Shown piece after piece: positions 10,697 to 20,294 of a DNA stretch of 64,000 nt. The stretch's first letter is position 1, and each line of letters begins with the position of its first letter. The DNA is taken from sequence record ON568341.1. One strand, written 5' to 3'. Below the pieces are notes generated by a model, which saw nothing but the letters and a program-made list of their open reading frames with translations, was not told the origin of the DNA and searched no databases. Position numbers and translations under genes: made by a program.

Positions 10697-11101
10697 ATGA
10701 ATATACGTTCAGTACGAATATTTTCATTTGTTGATAAGAATGAAAAACACTCTTATGTGTTTGAAAATGTCAATAAGTTAAATCCTCATACAGCAAAAAT
10801 GATTGAAACAATGAAAATCTTTAGCTGGAAGATAGAAGTGTTCCATCTTAATGACGATTCTGTTTTTATATATGATGATGGATGGTATGACGGTGTGTTT
10901 TATGAGGACATTAGCACAACCTCAGATTACTACTTTCTAGTGAGTAATCCACTTTTCAGTACTAACACGTTGTTTGACATTACCATTTCAAACGCGTATG
11001 AAACAAGTCATGTTGAGTTACTTAAGTTTGATCCCGTATTATTCAATAAAGAAACAGCTTACTGGATGACTGATTTCTTTTCAAATATTCCAGTAAAATA
11101 G
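10697..11101 (+). CDS. Hypothetical protein
   Basis: GGAG RBS before ATG 10697. Confidence 0.65.
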   Translation: MNIRSVRIFSFVDKNEKHSYVFENVNKLNPHTAKMIETMKIFSWKIEVFHLNDDSVFIYDDGWYDGVFYEDISTTSDYYFLVSNPLFSTNTLFDITISNAYETSHVELLKFDPVLFNKETAYWMTDFFSNIPVK

Positions 11102-11103
11102 TT

Positions 11104-11131
11104 TGGACATTTTAAATCTTAGTGATATAAT
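11104..11131 (+). promoter_or_regulatory. Sigma70-type extended -10 promoter
   Basis: TGGACA-16-TATAAT with TG at -15/-14, upstream of clpP. Confidence 0.65.
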
Positions 11132-11165
11132 ACTCACAACAACGAAATAATAGAGGAAATTAATA

Positions 11166-11861
11166 ATGGTTGAACAATTCAATTTTGGTGGTTATGCTAA
11201 TGGTGAAGTAAGTAACATTTCTATTCCGTATGTAGTTGAAAAAGTTAATGGTTCAGAGCGTACATATGATCTAGCATCTCGTATGATGCAAGACCGTATC
11301 ATTTTCCTTGATACTGATTTCAATGACCAGATGGCACATATCATCAAACAACAATTGGTGTGGTTAGACTCACAAGGTGATTCCCCTATTACATTCTATA
11401 TTAGTTCACCAGGTGGTTCAGTACATGCAGGTTTGGGCATCGCTGATATTGCTAAATCTTGTGTATCACCAATCCGTACTGTAGTAATGGGTTATGCAGC
11501 ATCAATGGGGTGTTATACACAATCTGTTATTGGGACTAAAGGCTTCCGTTTGGGTGGTAAACGTTCCTACTTCATGTGTCACCAAGTAAGTTCTGGTACG
11601 AAAGGTCTAATTACTGACCAGAAAATTTCACTTAAACATTCTGATGAACTGAACACGTTGCTGACGAAAGAAATCGCTGAAGCTGTTGGTGTTTCTCATG
11701 AACAACTACTGAAAGATGCAGACCGTGATTTGTGGTTGAATGCTGAAGAAGCACTCGAATATGGTGAAAAAGGATTTATCGATGGTATTATCCTTGGACC
11801 ACGCAACGAGAAAGGTCAATACCTAGTCAAGCGTCGTGGTGGTGTTGAAGAGTGGGTGTGA
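11166..11861 (+). CDS. clpP: ClpP protease proteolytic subunit
   Basis: ERTYDLASRMMQDRIIFL, ISSPGGSV, catalytic Ser (AASMG), His (MCHQ) and Asp (DRDLWL). Confidence 0.93.
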   Translation: MVEQFNFGGYANGEVSNISIPYVVEKVNGSERTYDLASRMMQDRIIFLDTDFNDQMAHIIKQQLVWLDSQGDSPITFYISSPGGSVHAGLGIADIAKSCVSPIRTVVMGYAASMGCYTQSVIGTKGFRLGGKRSYFMCHQVSSGTKGLITDQKISLKHSDELNTLLTKEIAEAVGVSHEQLLKDADRDLWLNAEEALEYGEKGFIDGIILGPRNEKGQYLVKRRGGVEEWV

Positions 11862-11916
11862 TTTAGTGATGATTACACTTTATACCCACATTGTGTGGTA
11901 TTTCTAAGGAGCAAAA

Positions 11917-12213
11917 ATGACAAAAACTTTAGTTCGTAATAATTCAGCACAAGAGGCTGATGTTCTTGAAGATTCAGAATTCATCACTGTTGCCCTGGAA
12001 CAAATTAGTACTCAAGCATTGGCACTAAAAGATACTACACAGTCAGAAGACCTATTGGTAGGGATGGCTAATATCCTTGAACTAATGCAGGAAGTTCTAG
12101 TAAAGAACAATATTACACCAATTGATGCAGTACAATATGCTGCAAATCTACGAGCAGAATTCGGTTCATTCTGTGATAAGAAATATATCAGTACTGAAGA
12201 GGAAAAAGAATAA
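11917..12213 (+). CDS. Hypothetical protein
   Basis: AAGGAG RBS. Confidence 0.7.
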   Translation: MTKTLVRNNSAQEADVLEDSEFITVALEQISTQALALKDTTQSEDLLVGMANILELMQEVLVKNNITPIDAVQYAANLRAEFGSFCDKKYISTEEEKE

Positions 12214-12214
12214 T

Positions 12215-12661
12215 ATGTCTAATGCACAACACAAAGAAGGTTATGACGCGTTTAAAAACAAAGTAGTTTTTAACAATGAACAGCTAAAATCACAGCACCC
12301 ACTATTCCGTCAAGGTTATCGTGCTGCACAAGCTGAAGCTATGAAGAAAAACAACGTAACATTCCCAACAACTCTGTATGATATTCCTAAACGTCCATCA
12401 GTGTTTAAAGCAGAATGGACTGACATTATGGCAGCAACTAAACGTCCTCGTTTTGCTAAACTTCACACTGATGAAGGTCGCTGGATGTTGATGGGTATTA
12501 TGAAAGCAGTCGAAAATCAATCACATAAGATTACTCGATATAAAGATGTTATTGCTATGGTTGATAAAGCATTTGATCTTGTTCTACAATATGGTTATGA
12601 CGAAGGTGTTCTAACTATTGCTGATTGTGAGCAATATCAGTACACCCCATATCAAAAATAA
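12215..12661 (+). CDS. Hypothetical protein
   Basis: GAGG RBS before ATG 12215; followed by a terminator. Confidence 0.7.
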   Translation: MSNAQHKEGYDAFKNKVVFNNEQLKSQHPLFRQGYRAAQAEAMKKNNVTFPTTLYDIPKRPSVFKAEWTDIMAATKRPRFAKLHTDEGRWMLMGIMKAVENQSHKITRYKDVIAMVDKAFDLVLQYGYDEGVLTIADCEQYQYTPYQK

Positions 12662-12667
12662 TATAAC

Positions 12668-12700
12668 AAATAGGAATCCTAGTATGGGATTCCTATTTTT
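12668..12700 (+). terminator. Rho-independent terminator
   Basis: ataggaatcc/ggattcctat stem and T-run. Confidence 0.8.
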
Positions 12701-12765
12701 ATTACTGCACGTCATCTTTTGATATAAATTTGAATACATTGTTGTTTATAATCTAGAGGGACATA

Positions 12766-13290
12766 ATGAAATACACACACCTAAGTATAGATGATACTAA
12801 TATCTGGTTAGATAACATAATCAAGACATTAGAATTAATTAAACTTACATTACAGAAATCAATTGATATTGAAACTAATATTAAACACGAAATATTAAAT
12901 TATTATCACAGAAACAAATATTGTACGTTTTTCTCTAAATTAATTTATGGATTATATGATAGTGAAGATATTTGTATCGGTTACAGTACTGGTATTTGCT
13001 TTACAATTAATGGTTTTATGAATGATTTAAATTTCCGTCTTTCAGAAGAACAGCAAAAGTTTCGTATATTTTGTGAGAATATTATCGATAAAGATGAAAT
13101 ATCATTTGTTATTGAATTAAATAGAACATGGTCTACATATGCAGATAAACCATTTGAAATTAATGAAACAGATGTGTTAAACTATATTCGAGTCATGAAA
13201 ATTCATGATTTGTGTAAAAATGCATTGTTAAGTATTGGAGCTTATAATGAAACATACGACTTGGTTGAAGATAGCAGAAGTAGTTGCTGA
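12766..13290 (+). CDS. Hypothetical protein
   Basis: GAGGG RBS, 174 aa. Confidence 0.7.
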   Translation: MKYTHLSIDDTNIWLDNIIKTLELIKLTLQKSIDIETNIKHEILNYYHRNKYCTFFSKLIYGLYDSEDICIGYSTGICFTINGFMNDLNFRLSEEQQKFRIFCENIIDKDEISFVIELNRTWSTYADKPFEINETDVLNYIRVMKIHDLCKNALLSIGAYNETYDLVEDSRSSC

Positions 13291-13726
13291 GGAAAGTAAA
13301 TGTATTTCACAAAAAGTTGGTTGTGTTATTGTTAAAAATAATCGAGTATTGAGTACTGGATATAACGGTACACCATCAAAGCAACCTAACTGTTGTGATG
13401 TTAATAAACATCTCGTAAACAATGGTCAATTTCAAAATTGGATTGATGAAGATGCAAAACACTTACATCACGAGTGGAGCAACATTCATGAGATTCATGC
13501 GGAAATGAATGCATTACTATATAGTTCACCACTAGAACGTCAGGGTGCAACACTTTACACCACACTTCAACCGTGCTATACTTGTTCTAAGTTAATCGCT
13601 GGTAGTGGTATTTCTCGTGTAATTTACGAAAAATCTTATCCTCGCACTCCACCAGAAGCTATTAAAGTACTGGAAGATGCTGGGATTATTGTTAATTGCA
13701 TTTATGATAAGGGTCTTGATAAATGA
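13247..13726 (+). CDS. cd: dCMP deaminase
   Basis: SKC...VGCVIV...STGYNGTP, HAEMNA and PCYTC zinc motifs. Confidence 0.92.
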   Translation: MKHTTWLKIAEVVAEESKCISQKVGCVIVKNNRVLSTGYNGTPSKQPNCCDVNKHLVNNGQFQNWIDEDAKHLHHEWSNIHEIHAEMNALLYSSPLERQGATLYTTLQPCYTCSKLIAGSGISRVIYEKSYPRTPPEAIKVLEDAGIIVNCIYDKGLDK

Positions 13727-13980
13727 CAGTAATGGTGATTATTGGTTTTTTAGTAATATTGTTATTCATTTTTATTTTATCAATGGTTGTCATTGATGAA
13801 CCTAATAGTTCTGTTAGAAATTATGAAGTTCGTTTTTCGGCACAAAACAATAAGTACTATATTGTAAACTGTGTGCATCGTAGTGAGAAAAAGGTAACTG
13901 GTAGGTTTGGATTTACAATTTATTATAAAGATCGAGTAGAAGCTGATATGATTTGTCAGAAACTTAATACAGTAGAATAA
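13723..13980 (+). CDS. Membrane-anchored hypothetical protein
   Basis: N-terminal transmembrane helix. Confidence 0.65.
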   Translation: MTVMVIIGFLVILLFIFILSMVVIDEPNSSVRNYEVRFSAQNNKYYIVNCVHRSEKKVTGRFGFTIYYKDRVEADMICQKLNTVE

Positions 13981-14007
13981 AAAAAGGAGCCACATGGCTC
14001 CTTTTTT
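13981..14007. terminator. Bidirectional terminator
   Basis: aaaaaggagcc-acat-ggctccttttt between convergent transcription units. Confidence 0.8.
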
Positions 14008-14281
14008 ATGTTTTTACGTAATATGTATAGACAATTATGTAGTTTGATTTTGCGAATCATATACATAGTACAAAAACCTTCAACACTTGCTTCTTCATCT
14101 TTCAATTTAATGAAGAACGTATCATCTCTTAGATTATTAAAATATATAGTTTACAGAAAATAACTTCTCACTATTAATTTTAGCACCTGTAATTTCGATA
14201 CCATCAATAGAAAAAGGTTAATGCAATTATACTTCACGAAGGAAAGTGCATGAAAATTATCATGCACTATATTATTAAAAT

Positions 14282-16183
14282 TTACGCACTGATTGTTACA
14301 GTTGCAGTATCTGTTTTATTACCATCAGCAGTAGCCACTGTAATGACTACAGAACCTTCTTCTAGAGCAGTTACTAATCCCTCATCACTAATAGATACTT
14401 TAGTAGGTTCATCTGCACTATAAGTTACTGATTTGTTAGTTGCGTTAGATGGAAGAACTTCTGGAACTAGTTGAACTGTTTTAGTACCTGATAGTGAAAG
14501 TTCAGTAGTTTTAGGTGTTAAACTAACACTGGATACAGGAACTGGAATATTAACAGTAATAACACCTTGACCTGTTTTACCACTTCCATCAGCAGCAGTT
14601 GCGATAATGTTTGCAGTACCATTAGTTAGTGCAGTTACAATACCAGTACTAGCATCAACTTTTGCTACAGCAGGTTCACTAGAAGACCATGTTACAGATT
14701 TATTAGTTGCGTTAGATGGAAGAACTTCAGCAGCCATTGCTTGAGTTGCTTTAACAGCAGTCAATGTTTTAGTTGCTGGAGTAACATTAATAGATGCTAC
14801 AGGAACTGGAATATTAACAGTTACCACGCAAACTTTAGTAAATCCACCATCAGATGTGGTTGCTGTAATATTTGCAGTACCGTTTGCAACAGCAGTGATT
14901 AACCCAGTTGGACTTACCGTTGCGACACCCTCAGCAGAAGTAGTGTATGAAATATCTTTACGACGAGCGTTATCTGGAATAACAGATGCAGTTAATTGTT
15001 GAGTAGCACCTACCGAAGTTAGGGTTGCGGTCAACGGAGTCATATTAATACCAGTTACTGGGATCGTTACATCAATCACTGATTCAGCAGTTTTAGCACC
15101 ATCATCAGTGGTAACAGTAATAGTTGTAGTACCGTTATCAACCGAAGTTACTAGACCAGTATTACTAACTTTTGCTACGTCTGGATATGAAGAAACATAT
15201 GAAACTGCTTTATTGGATGCAGTTGCAGGAGCAACGGTTGTTTCTAATTGTTTAGTATCACCTAATGTTGAGAATGTATAAGTACTAGGAGTCATAGTGA
15301 CACCAGATACCGGTGTTTTCACAGTGATAGTAGTAGTATCAGTTTTAGCACCATCTTCGGTTGTTGCTGTAATCACCACTGTACCGTTAGCAACACCAGT
15401 TACTAGACCAGAAGTAGGGTTAACGGTTGCTACATCAGGTGTTGCTGAAGACCATGTAACGTTTTTATTAGTTGCATCATCAGGAGATACTGTAGCCGTT
15501 AATTGTTGAGTACCGCCAACGTTAATTGTTGCAGTTTTAGGAGAAACAATAACACCACTAACTGGAGTTGTTACGGTAAATGCACAAACATCGGTGAAAC
15601 CACCATCATGAGTAGTAACTGTTACATTTGCATTACCATTAGCACGGGCAATTGCTAAACCAGTTTCAGCATCAACTTCAACTATTGTTGGAGCAGAGGA
15701 ACTATAACTTACTGTTTTATCATTTGCATAATCTGGATCAATTGTAGCTGATAGCTGTTGTGTACTACCAACTTTAAGTGCTACAACTTTAGGTGAAATA
15801 ATAACACCATCAACTGGAGTAGTATAATCACGTTTAACCACACGACCATTGTTCAATTTAATAATACGACCCATATAAAGAGTAGTATATCCCTTACTAA
15901 TCCCATCATCTACATAAATCATGAATGAATTGTCTTGAACCATATTAATTGCGTCTACTGGTTTAACGGAATTTGGAATGTCGATACCACGGGTATCATA
16001 CCAACACATGGAAACTTTGTAATAGATATCACCATTATCATTTATGAGATCATAAACGTTACTGGAACGTTGACGGTTAATATATAAAGTTTCGGTTAAC
16101 ACCTTACCATCGATTTTAGCGACAGAAACTTTAATACCACCAATACCAAATGGCAATTTACCTTCACTAGATATTGCTTTCAT
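14282..16183 (-). CDS. Virion Ig-like (Big_2) repeat protein, Hoc/decoration- or tail-associated
   Basis: Six tandem repeats of about 85 aa (PV.GV..SP...QL.A.V.P..A.NK.V.WSS...VA.V...GLVT....G...IT.TT.DG); preceded by a TATAAATA late promoter. Confidence 0.85.
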   Translation of the reverse strand: MKAISSEGKLPFGIGGIKVSVAKIDGKVLTETLYINRQRSSNVYDLINDNGDIYYKVSMCWYDTRGIDIPNSVKPVDAINMVQDNSFMIYVDDGISKGYTTLYMGRIIKLNNGRVVKRDYTTPVDGVIISPKVVALKVGSTQQLSATIDPDYANDKTVSYSSSAPTIVEVDAETGLAIARANGNANVTVTTHDGGFTDVCAFTVTTPVSGVIVSPKTATINVGGTQQLTATVSPDDATNKNVTWSSATPDVATVNPTSGLVTGVANGTVVITATTEDGAKTDTTTITVKTPVSGVTMTPSTYTFSTLGDTKQLETTVAPATASNKAVSYVSSYPDVAKVSNTGLVTSVDNGTTTITVTTDDGAKTAESVIDVTIPVTGINMTPLTATLTSVGATQQLTASVIPDNARRKDISYTTSAEGVATVSPTGLITAVANGTANITATTSDGGFTKVCVVTVNIPVPVASINVTPATKTLTAVKATQAMAAEVLPSNATNKSVTWSSSEPAVAKVDASTGIVTALTNGTANIIATAADGSGKTGQGVITVNIPVPVSSVSLTPKTTELSLSGTKTVQLVPEVLPSNATNKSVTYSADEPTKVSISDEGLVTALEEGSVVITVATADGNKTDTATVTISA

Positions 16184-16219
16184 ATACTTTCCTTTATAAA
16201 TTGTATTGTATTGTTATAT

Positions 16220-16227
16220 TATTTATA
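16220..16227 (-). promoter_or_regulatory. T4-like late promoter TATAAATA
   Basis: Exact TATAAATA on the - strand, 37 nt upstream of the Ig-protein start. Confidence 0.75.
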
Positions 16228-16251
16228 TTATAACAAAATTATTTTAGTATT

Positions 16252-16276
16252 AAAAAAGGAGTTCTAATGCTCCTTT
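16252..16276 (-). terminator. Terminator for leftward transcription
   Basis: aaaggag/ctccttt stem with the U-run on the - strand. Confidence 0.55.
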
Positions 16277-16493
16277 AAAATATAAAGGAACATACTGTGT
16301 AAATCTGGTTTGGTCAGGTTAATCTTTCAGAGAGAAGGAAGTAGTGAATGACATTTTATCATTAAAATCATCTCCTTATCTTTAAAATGGAATTGTAAAC
16401 TGCCTCTTAATATGATACCATAGTTCAAATGGTAAATCAATGAACTTAACAAAAAAAACTTGATACTACAGTCATAATTGTTCAGTTTTGTGC

Positions 16494-16522
16494 TTGACAT
16501 AATTAATCAATTATTGTACTAT
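16494..16522 (+). promoter_or_regulatory. Sigma70 promoter
   Basis: TTGACA-17-TACTAT. Confidence 0.75.
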
Positions 16523-16557
16523 TAATAATGTTCCTTAACTCAAATCCGAGGTAATTA

Positions 16558-17163
16558 ATGAAACGATTATTGAAAGAGATTATACAAACCGTTGTTATAA
16601 TTGCTGCATTAAACTTTCCTGCGGCGGCAGAAGTTTCAAAAAAAGCATCTGTTTTTCTATTAAATGATCATGTTGGGTCAATTGATGGTGAACTAAATGA
16701 TAAAACTGTACAAGATGTGGAGCAGTTGTGGAAAGAAAAAAAATTTAAAATTTTAACAATTACATCACCTGGTGGTGATTTTGATGCTGGTATTAAAATG
16801 GGAAATTTTGTTAGAGACAATGGTATAAATTTAATTGTTTCTAGATATTGCAATTCAGCATGTACTGTGGTATTCTTTAGTGTGCCCCCTGAAAAGCGAT
16901 ATATGACAAATCAATCAGTACTGGGATTACATAACATTTCGATCAAAAGTAACGTTAGAGATAGGGATAATACCTTTGTATCTGTTAGACAATTATCAAC
17001 ATTTACTGAAGAAATGGCAACAAAAGTAGGATTTTTATTTACACTATATTCAGCTAATGGAATTCCACCTAGCGTTCTATATAGAGTTAGTCGTGCACGT
17101 GGTGAAGATGTTGTTATCTTAACAAAAAAAGACCTAATTCATTACGGTTCGGTAAATCCATAA
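16558..17163 (+). CDS. Exported ClpP/crotonase-fold protein
   Basis: Signal peptide; ITSPGG...G..MG..VR...CNSAC...F....R......LGLH pattern. Confidence 0.7.
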   Translation: MKRLLKEIIQTVVIIAALNFPAAAEVSKKASVFLLNDHVGSIDGELNDKTVQDVEQLWKEKKFKILTITSPGGDFDAGIKMGNFVRDNGINLIVSRYCNSACTVVFFSVPPEKRYMTNQSVLGLHNISIKSNVRDRDNTFVSVRQLSTFTEEMATKVGFLFTLYSANGIPPSVLYRVSRARGEDVVILTKKDLIHYGSVNP

Positions 17164-17231
17164 AAATAATTATAATAACAGGATGATTATGTTGTTCTTC
17201 CTTTGTTATTAACTATATCGGAAATATAACT

Positions 17232-17492
17232 ATGACAAACATCCAGAATTTGACGTCTATTATTTTTTATGCTACAGTGGTGATGTATACTATTGTACTT
17301 ATTTTAACAGTTTTTATTTACAAAGATTACAAAAAAGGCTTTATTAATAGCTCAACAATGAAGTTCAATTCTAAATTTGAAGCAATTATATTTTATGTTT
17401 TGACAACATCATATTTGTTGTGTATAATGTTATTAGGGTCATTGATTTATATTTTATATACAACATTATTTGCAATTGGAGCTATTTTATGA
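17232..17492 (+). CDS. Small membrane protein
   Basis: Two transmembrane helices. Confidence 0.65.
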   Translation: MTNIQNLTSIIFYATVVMYTIVLILTVFIYKDYKKGFINSSTMKFNSKFEAIIFYVLTTSYLLCIMLLGSLIYILYTTLFAIGAIL

Positions 17493-18085
17493 CATGTATT
17501 ATTGCACACACTGATGGTGTAACTTCATTTATTGCAGGGGACAAGATGGGGAGTGATGGTTTTACGAAATCAATCCAAACAGAGCCTAAAGTGTTTGAGA
17601 AAGAATTTGTAAAGATTAGTGGTGATGACGGCTTGACTCGTACAAAAGATGTTATGACAATTGGATTCACTACATCATTTCGTATGGGTCAACTGCTAAC
17701 TTATAATTTAAATTTACCAGACCAAAATTCAAATGAGACGTTTCTACAGTATTTAGTACTGAAAGTTATTCCTATTATTCGTCAAATGTTTAAAGACGAA
17801 TGGGGTGCACGTGATACAACACAAGATGTTGGTGGTGGTCAATTTATTATTTTGCACAATCATAAGATTTATGAAATTCAGGAAGATTTTTCAGTTCTCC
17901 AGGCAAAATCAAGAGTTGCATCAGTTGGTAGTGGTACATATCATGCAATTGCAGCGATGCAAGCATACATTGATCTTGAGAAAGAAACTAACGTACAACT
18001 ACATGAACGTATCAAATCCATTTTCAAAATTGTCAGTGATAATGTGTCGAGTGTAAGCGAAGAGTTTGATGTATTAAAATATTAA
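17489..18085 (+). CDS. Ntn-hydrolase (HslV/proteasome beta-like) protein
   Basis: The likely start is the ATG of MTCIIAH (coupled ATGA overlap), leaving an N-terminal Thr; AGD..GS, PKVF, SFRMGQLL, SVGSG motifs. Confidence 0.7.
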   Translation: MTCIIAHTDGVTSFIAGDKMGSDGFTKSIQTEPKVFEKEFVKISGDDGLTRTKDVMTIGFTTSFRMGQLLTYNLNLPDQNSNETFLQYLVLKVIPIIRQMFKDEWGARDTTQDVGGGQFIILHNHKIYEIQEDFSVLQAKSRVASVGSGTYHAIAAMQAYIDLEKETNVQLHERIKSIFKIVSDNVSSVSEEFDVLKY

Positions 18086-18100
18086 AATTATAAGAGAGAA

Positions 18101-18295
18101 ATGATGGCATACACAATTTATGAATGGATTTTGAGTTTTATTATAGTATTTTTTATGGTTGTAATTTACAATAATGCTACATGCTTATATAGAGATTTAA
18201 AATCCAATGGTTATCATGCAAACAATAATTTAATGTATGCCTATCATATTGGAATCATTCTATTATTATCAATATATTTAATTGGTTTTATATAA
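18101..18295 (+). CDS. Small membrane protein
   Basis: Two hydrophobic segments. Confidence 0.6.
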   Translation: MMAYTIYEWILSFIIVFFMVVIYNNATCLYRDLKSNGYHANNNLMYAYHIGIILLLSIYLIGFI

Positions 18296-18304
18296 GGATT
18301 GCGT

Positions 18305-19057
18305 ATGATATCAGAAAAATTTATAAGTAATGAAGGAAACAAGAGATTACTTATCATCTCAGGAGCAGGTCTTTCCGTTGAAAGTGGGATGGAGCCATTT
18401 CGATTTGATGATGGCTTATGGGATACATTTAAAATTAATGACGTATGTAATATTGCAAATTTAGATACAAAATATCATGTTGTTCATTCGTTTTATAACA
18501 CACTGCGTGTTAAACTGGGTCAATGTGAACCAAATGCAATGCATTATTTTATCAAATCCTTAGAGGATCAATATGGTGATTGTTTCCTTCATATGACCTC
18601 CAACATGGATGATCTTTATACACGTATTGGTGGTAAAGAACTCAAACTTCATGGTAATTTGTGTGAAGTGATAGAAAATTATAGTATTAATGGTGATGAT
18701 TATAACATTGTTAACTGTGGTTATGAGCCATATATACCAAAACATGATGTTTTTGCTAAACCAAATGTAGTGATGATTGGTGAATATCACCGTTACGTTG
18801 ATGGTGTTCGTTTGCCAATATACGAAGAAAGAAATAATGTTTTAAAAACACTTACCGAAAACGATACTGTGATTGTTATTGGAAGTAGCGATACAGTGCT
18901 TGTGTGGTCCAGATTAGCTGCGGCATTGCCCTGTTATAGCGTTAATGTTAACATTCGCAAAAATGATAATGATTTTCTGTTCAATGAAAAAATTATCAAA
19001 CCAGCTACCAAAGCAATACATCAATTAGAGACTATAATTAAGGAACGTATGAAATGA
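18305..19057 (+). CDS. Sirtuin (Sir2/CobB-like NAD-dependent deacylase)
   Basis: ISGAGLSVESG..FR, TSNMDDL, LHG, KPNVVMIGE, IVIGSS. Confidence 0.85.
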   Translation: MISEKFISNEGNKRLLIISGAGLSVESGMEPFRFDDGLWDTFKINDVCNIANLDTKYHVVHSFYNTLRVKLGQCEPNAMHYFIKSLEDQYGDCFLHMTSNMDDLYTRIGGKELKLHGNLCEVIENYSINGDDYNIVNCGYEPYIPKHDVFAKPNVVMIGEYHRYVDGVRLPIYEERNNVLKTLTENDTVIVIGSSDTVLVWSRLAAALPCYSVNVNIRKNDNDFLFNEKIIKPATKAIHQLETIIKERMK

Positions 19058-19605
19058 GTGTTAAAGAAGTTCCTTTTGGTGAATATGGTTCACGTGCCAA
19101 TTTTGTATTTTGCTATTTCTTTGCAAGAAAATGTAACCCTTACGAAAATTACGAATTGAATGATATACCAGAAGTAAATTTAGTATTACTCCAATTACGA
19201 TGGGATGGCCTTCTAGGGGGATGTGGTGGGACAGTTGAAAGTACTGATATCTCACTAGAAGATGCGTTACGTCGTGAAATTCAAGAAGAGATGGATTACA
19301 ATATTTTTGTTTCCCATCTTCGACCACTTAAAACTTTTGAAATTTATCCAGGTGCAAACAGTCATAGTTTTAGCTATGAAGTAACCTATGATGAGTTGAA
19401 ACACATTAGAGATGGATACACTAATGCTAAACATGCGAGTGCTGAAGTGGCTGGTGTAAATTTATGTCATATTTCTCGTTATTCTAAGGGACAAAATCGA
19501 GAAGCGGGATATAATAATCTTATGACTCAGAACTTCATTGGTACAGCAAAACAAGAATTGGAGTATCTGGTTCAAAAAGAAAACTTACTAATTAGTTATC
19601 TATAG
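19054..19605 (+). CDS. Nudix hydrolase resembling NUDT16
   Basis: LQLRWDGLLGGCGG.VE..D.SLEDALRREIQEE Nudix box; C-terminal NFIGTAKQEL. Confidence 0.75.
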   Translation: MSVKEVPFGEYGSRANFVFCYFFARKCNPYENYELNDIPEVNLVLLQLRWDGLLGGCGGTVESTDISLEDALRREIQEEMDYNIFVSHLRPLKTFEIYPGANSHSFSYEVTYDELKHIRDGYTNAKHASAEVAGVNLCHISRYSKGQNREAGYNNLMTQNFIGTAKQELEYLVQKENLLISYL

Positions 19606-19614
19606 GAGTTTAAC

Positions 19615-19935
19615 ATGTCTTACTCAATGTTTTTGGATGATATCCGTGATGCAAATCTATATTATCCAAACCAAGATATGGTGGTATGTCGTGACTTTAA
19701 AAGTGCATGTGAATATGTTATTGAAAATGGAATTCCAGCATTTGTATCATTTGACCATGACTTGGGTGATGTGAGCGAAGACGAAAAGACTGGATATTCT
19801 TTTGCTAAGTTTCTTATTGATTATATGTTTGATAATAATATTAAAGAACCGTTTGAGTACTTTGTTCACAGTAGTAATCCTGTTGGTAAAATTAATATTG
19901 AAACATACTTAAACAATGGGTTTAACGCATTATGA
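19615..19935 (+). CDS. Cyclic-phosphate-processing receiver domain protein
   Basis: FLDDIR, SFDHDLG, TGY.FAK.L, VHSSNPVG. Confidence 0.8.
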   Translation: MSYSMFLDDIRDANLYYPNQDMVVCRDFKSACEYVIENGIPAFVSFDHDLGDVSEDEKTGYSFAKFLIDYMFDNNIKEPFEYFVHSSNPVGKINIETYLNNGFNAL

Positions 19936-20234
19936 TTCAAACACACATCAAAAGTCTTATTTGTACTATTCTGTTGGGCACGGGAGTGTTTTTGTTCGGA
20001 CAATATCACGAGAATACTAAGCGTACCAACATTCACTACAATACCGCAGAAGTTGTTAGTTTAGGGCAATGTAGTGAGTCAAAATGTTCGTTTATGTACA
20101 AAACCAGCAATGGTGAAGTACGTAATGGACTATCAAGAGAACCAGTTTCAATTGGTCAACTTGTTTACCAGGAGTGCTGGGAAGAAAAGGTTCGAGGTTC
20201 CCGTTGCTATGTTGAATACGAACCAAATATGTAA
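19932..20234 (+). CDS. Membrane-anchored exported hypothetical protein
   Basis: N-terminal transmembrane helix; two Cys pairs. Confidence 0.65.
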   Translation: MIQTHIKSLICTILLGTGVFLFGQYHENTKRTNIHYNTAEVVSLGQCSESKCSFMYKTSNGEVRNGLSREPVSIGQLVYQECWEEKVRGSRCYVEYEPNM

Positions 20235-20294
20235 TAATCCGAGTCAATAACATTAGTCGAGTACAAGGATGTACTCATAACTCAAGGATGTTTT

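Noticed and set aside
14010-14240. Degraded - strand gene (IDGIEITGAKINSEKLF... / ...DDTFFIKLKDEEASVEGF)
   Set aside because: It needs a frameshift and has no start, RBS or recognisable homology, so it may be chance.
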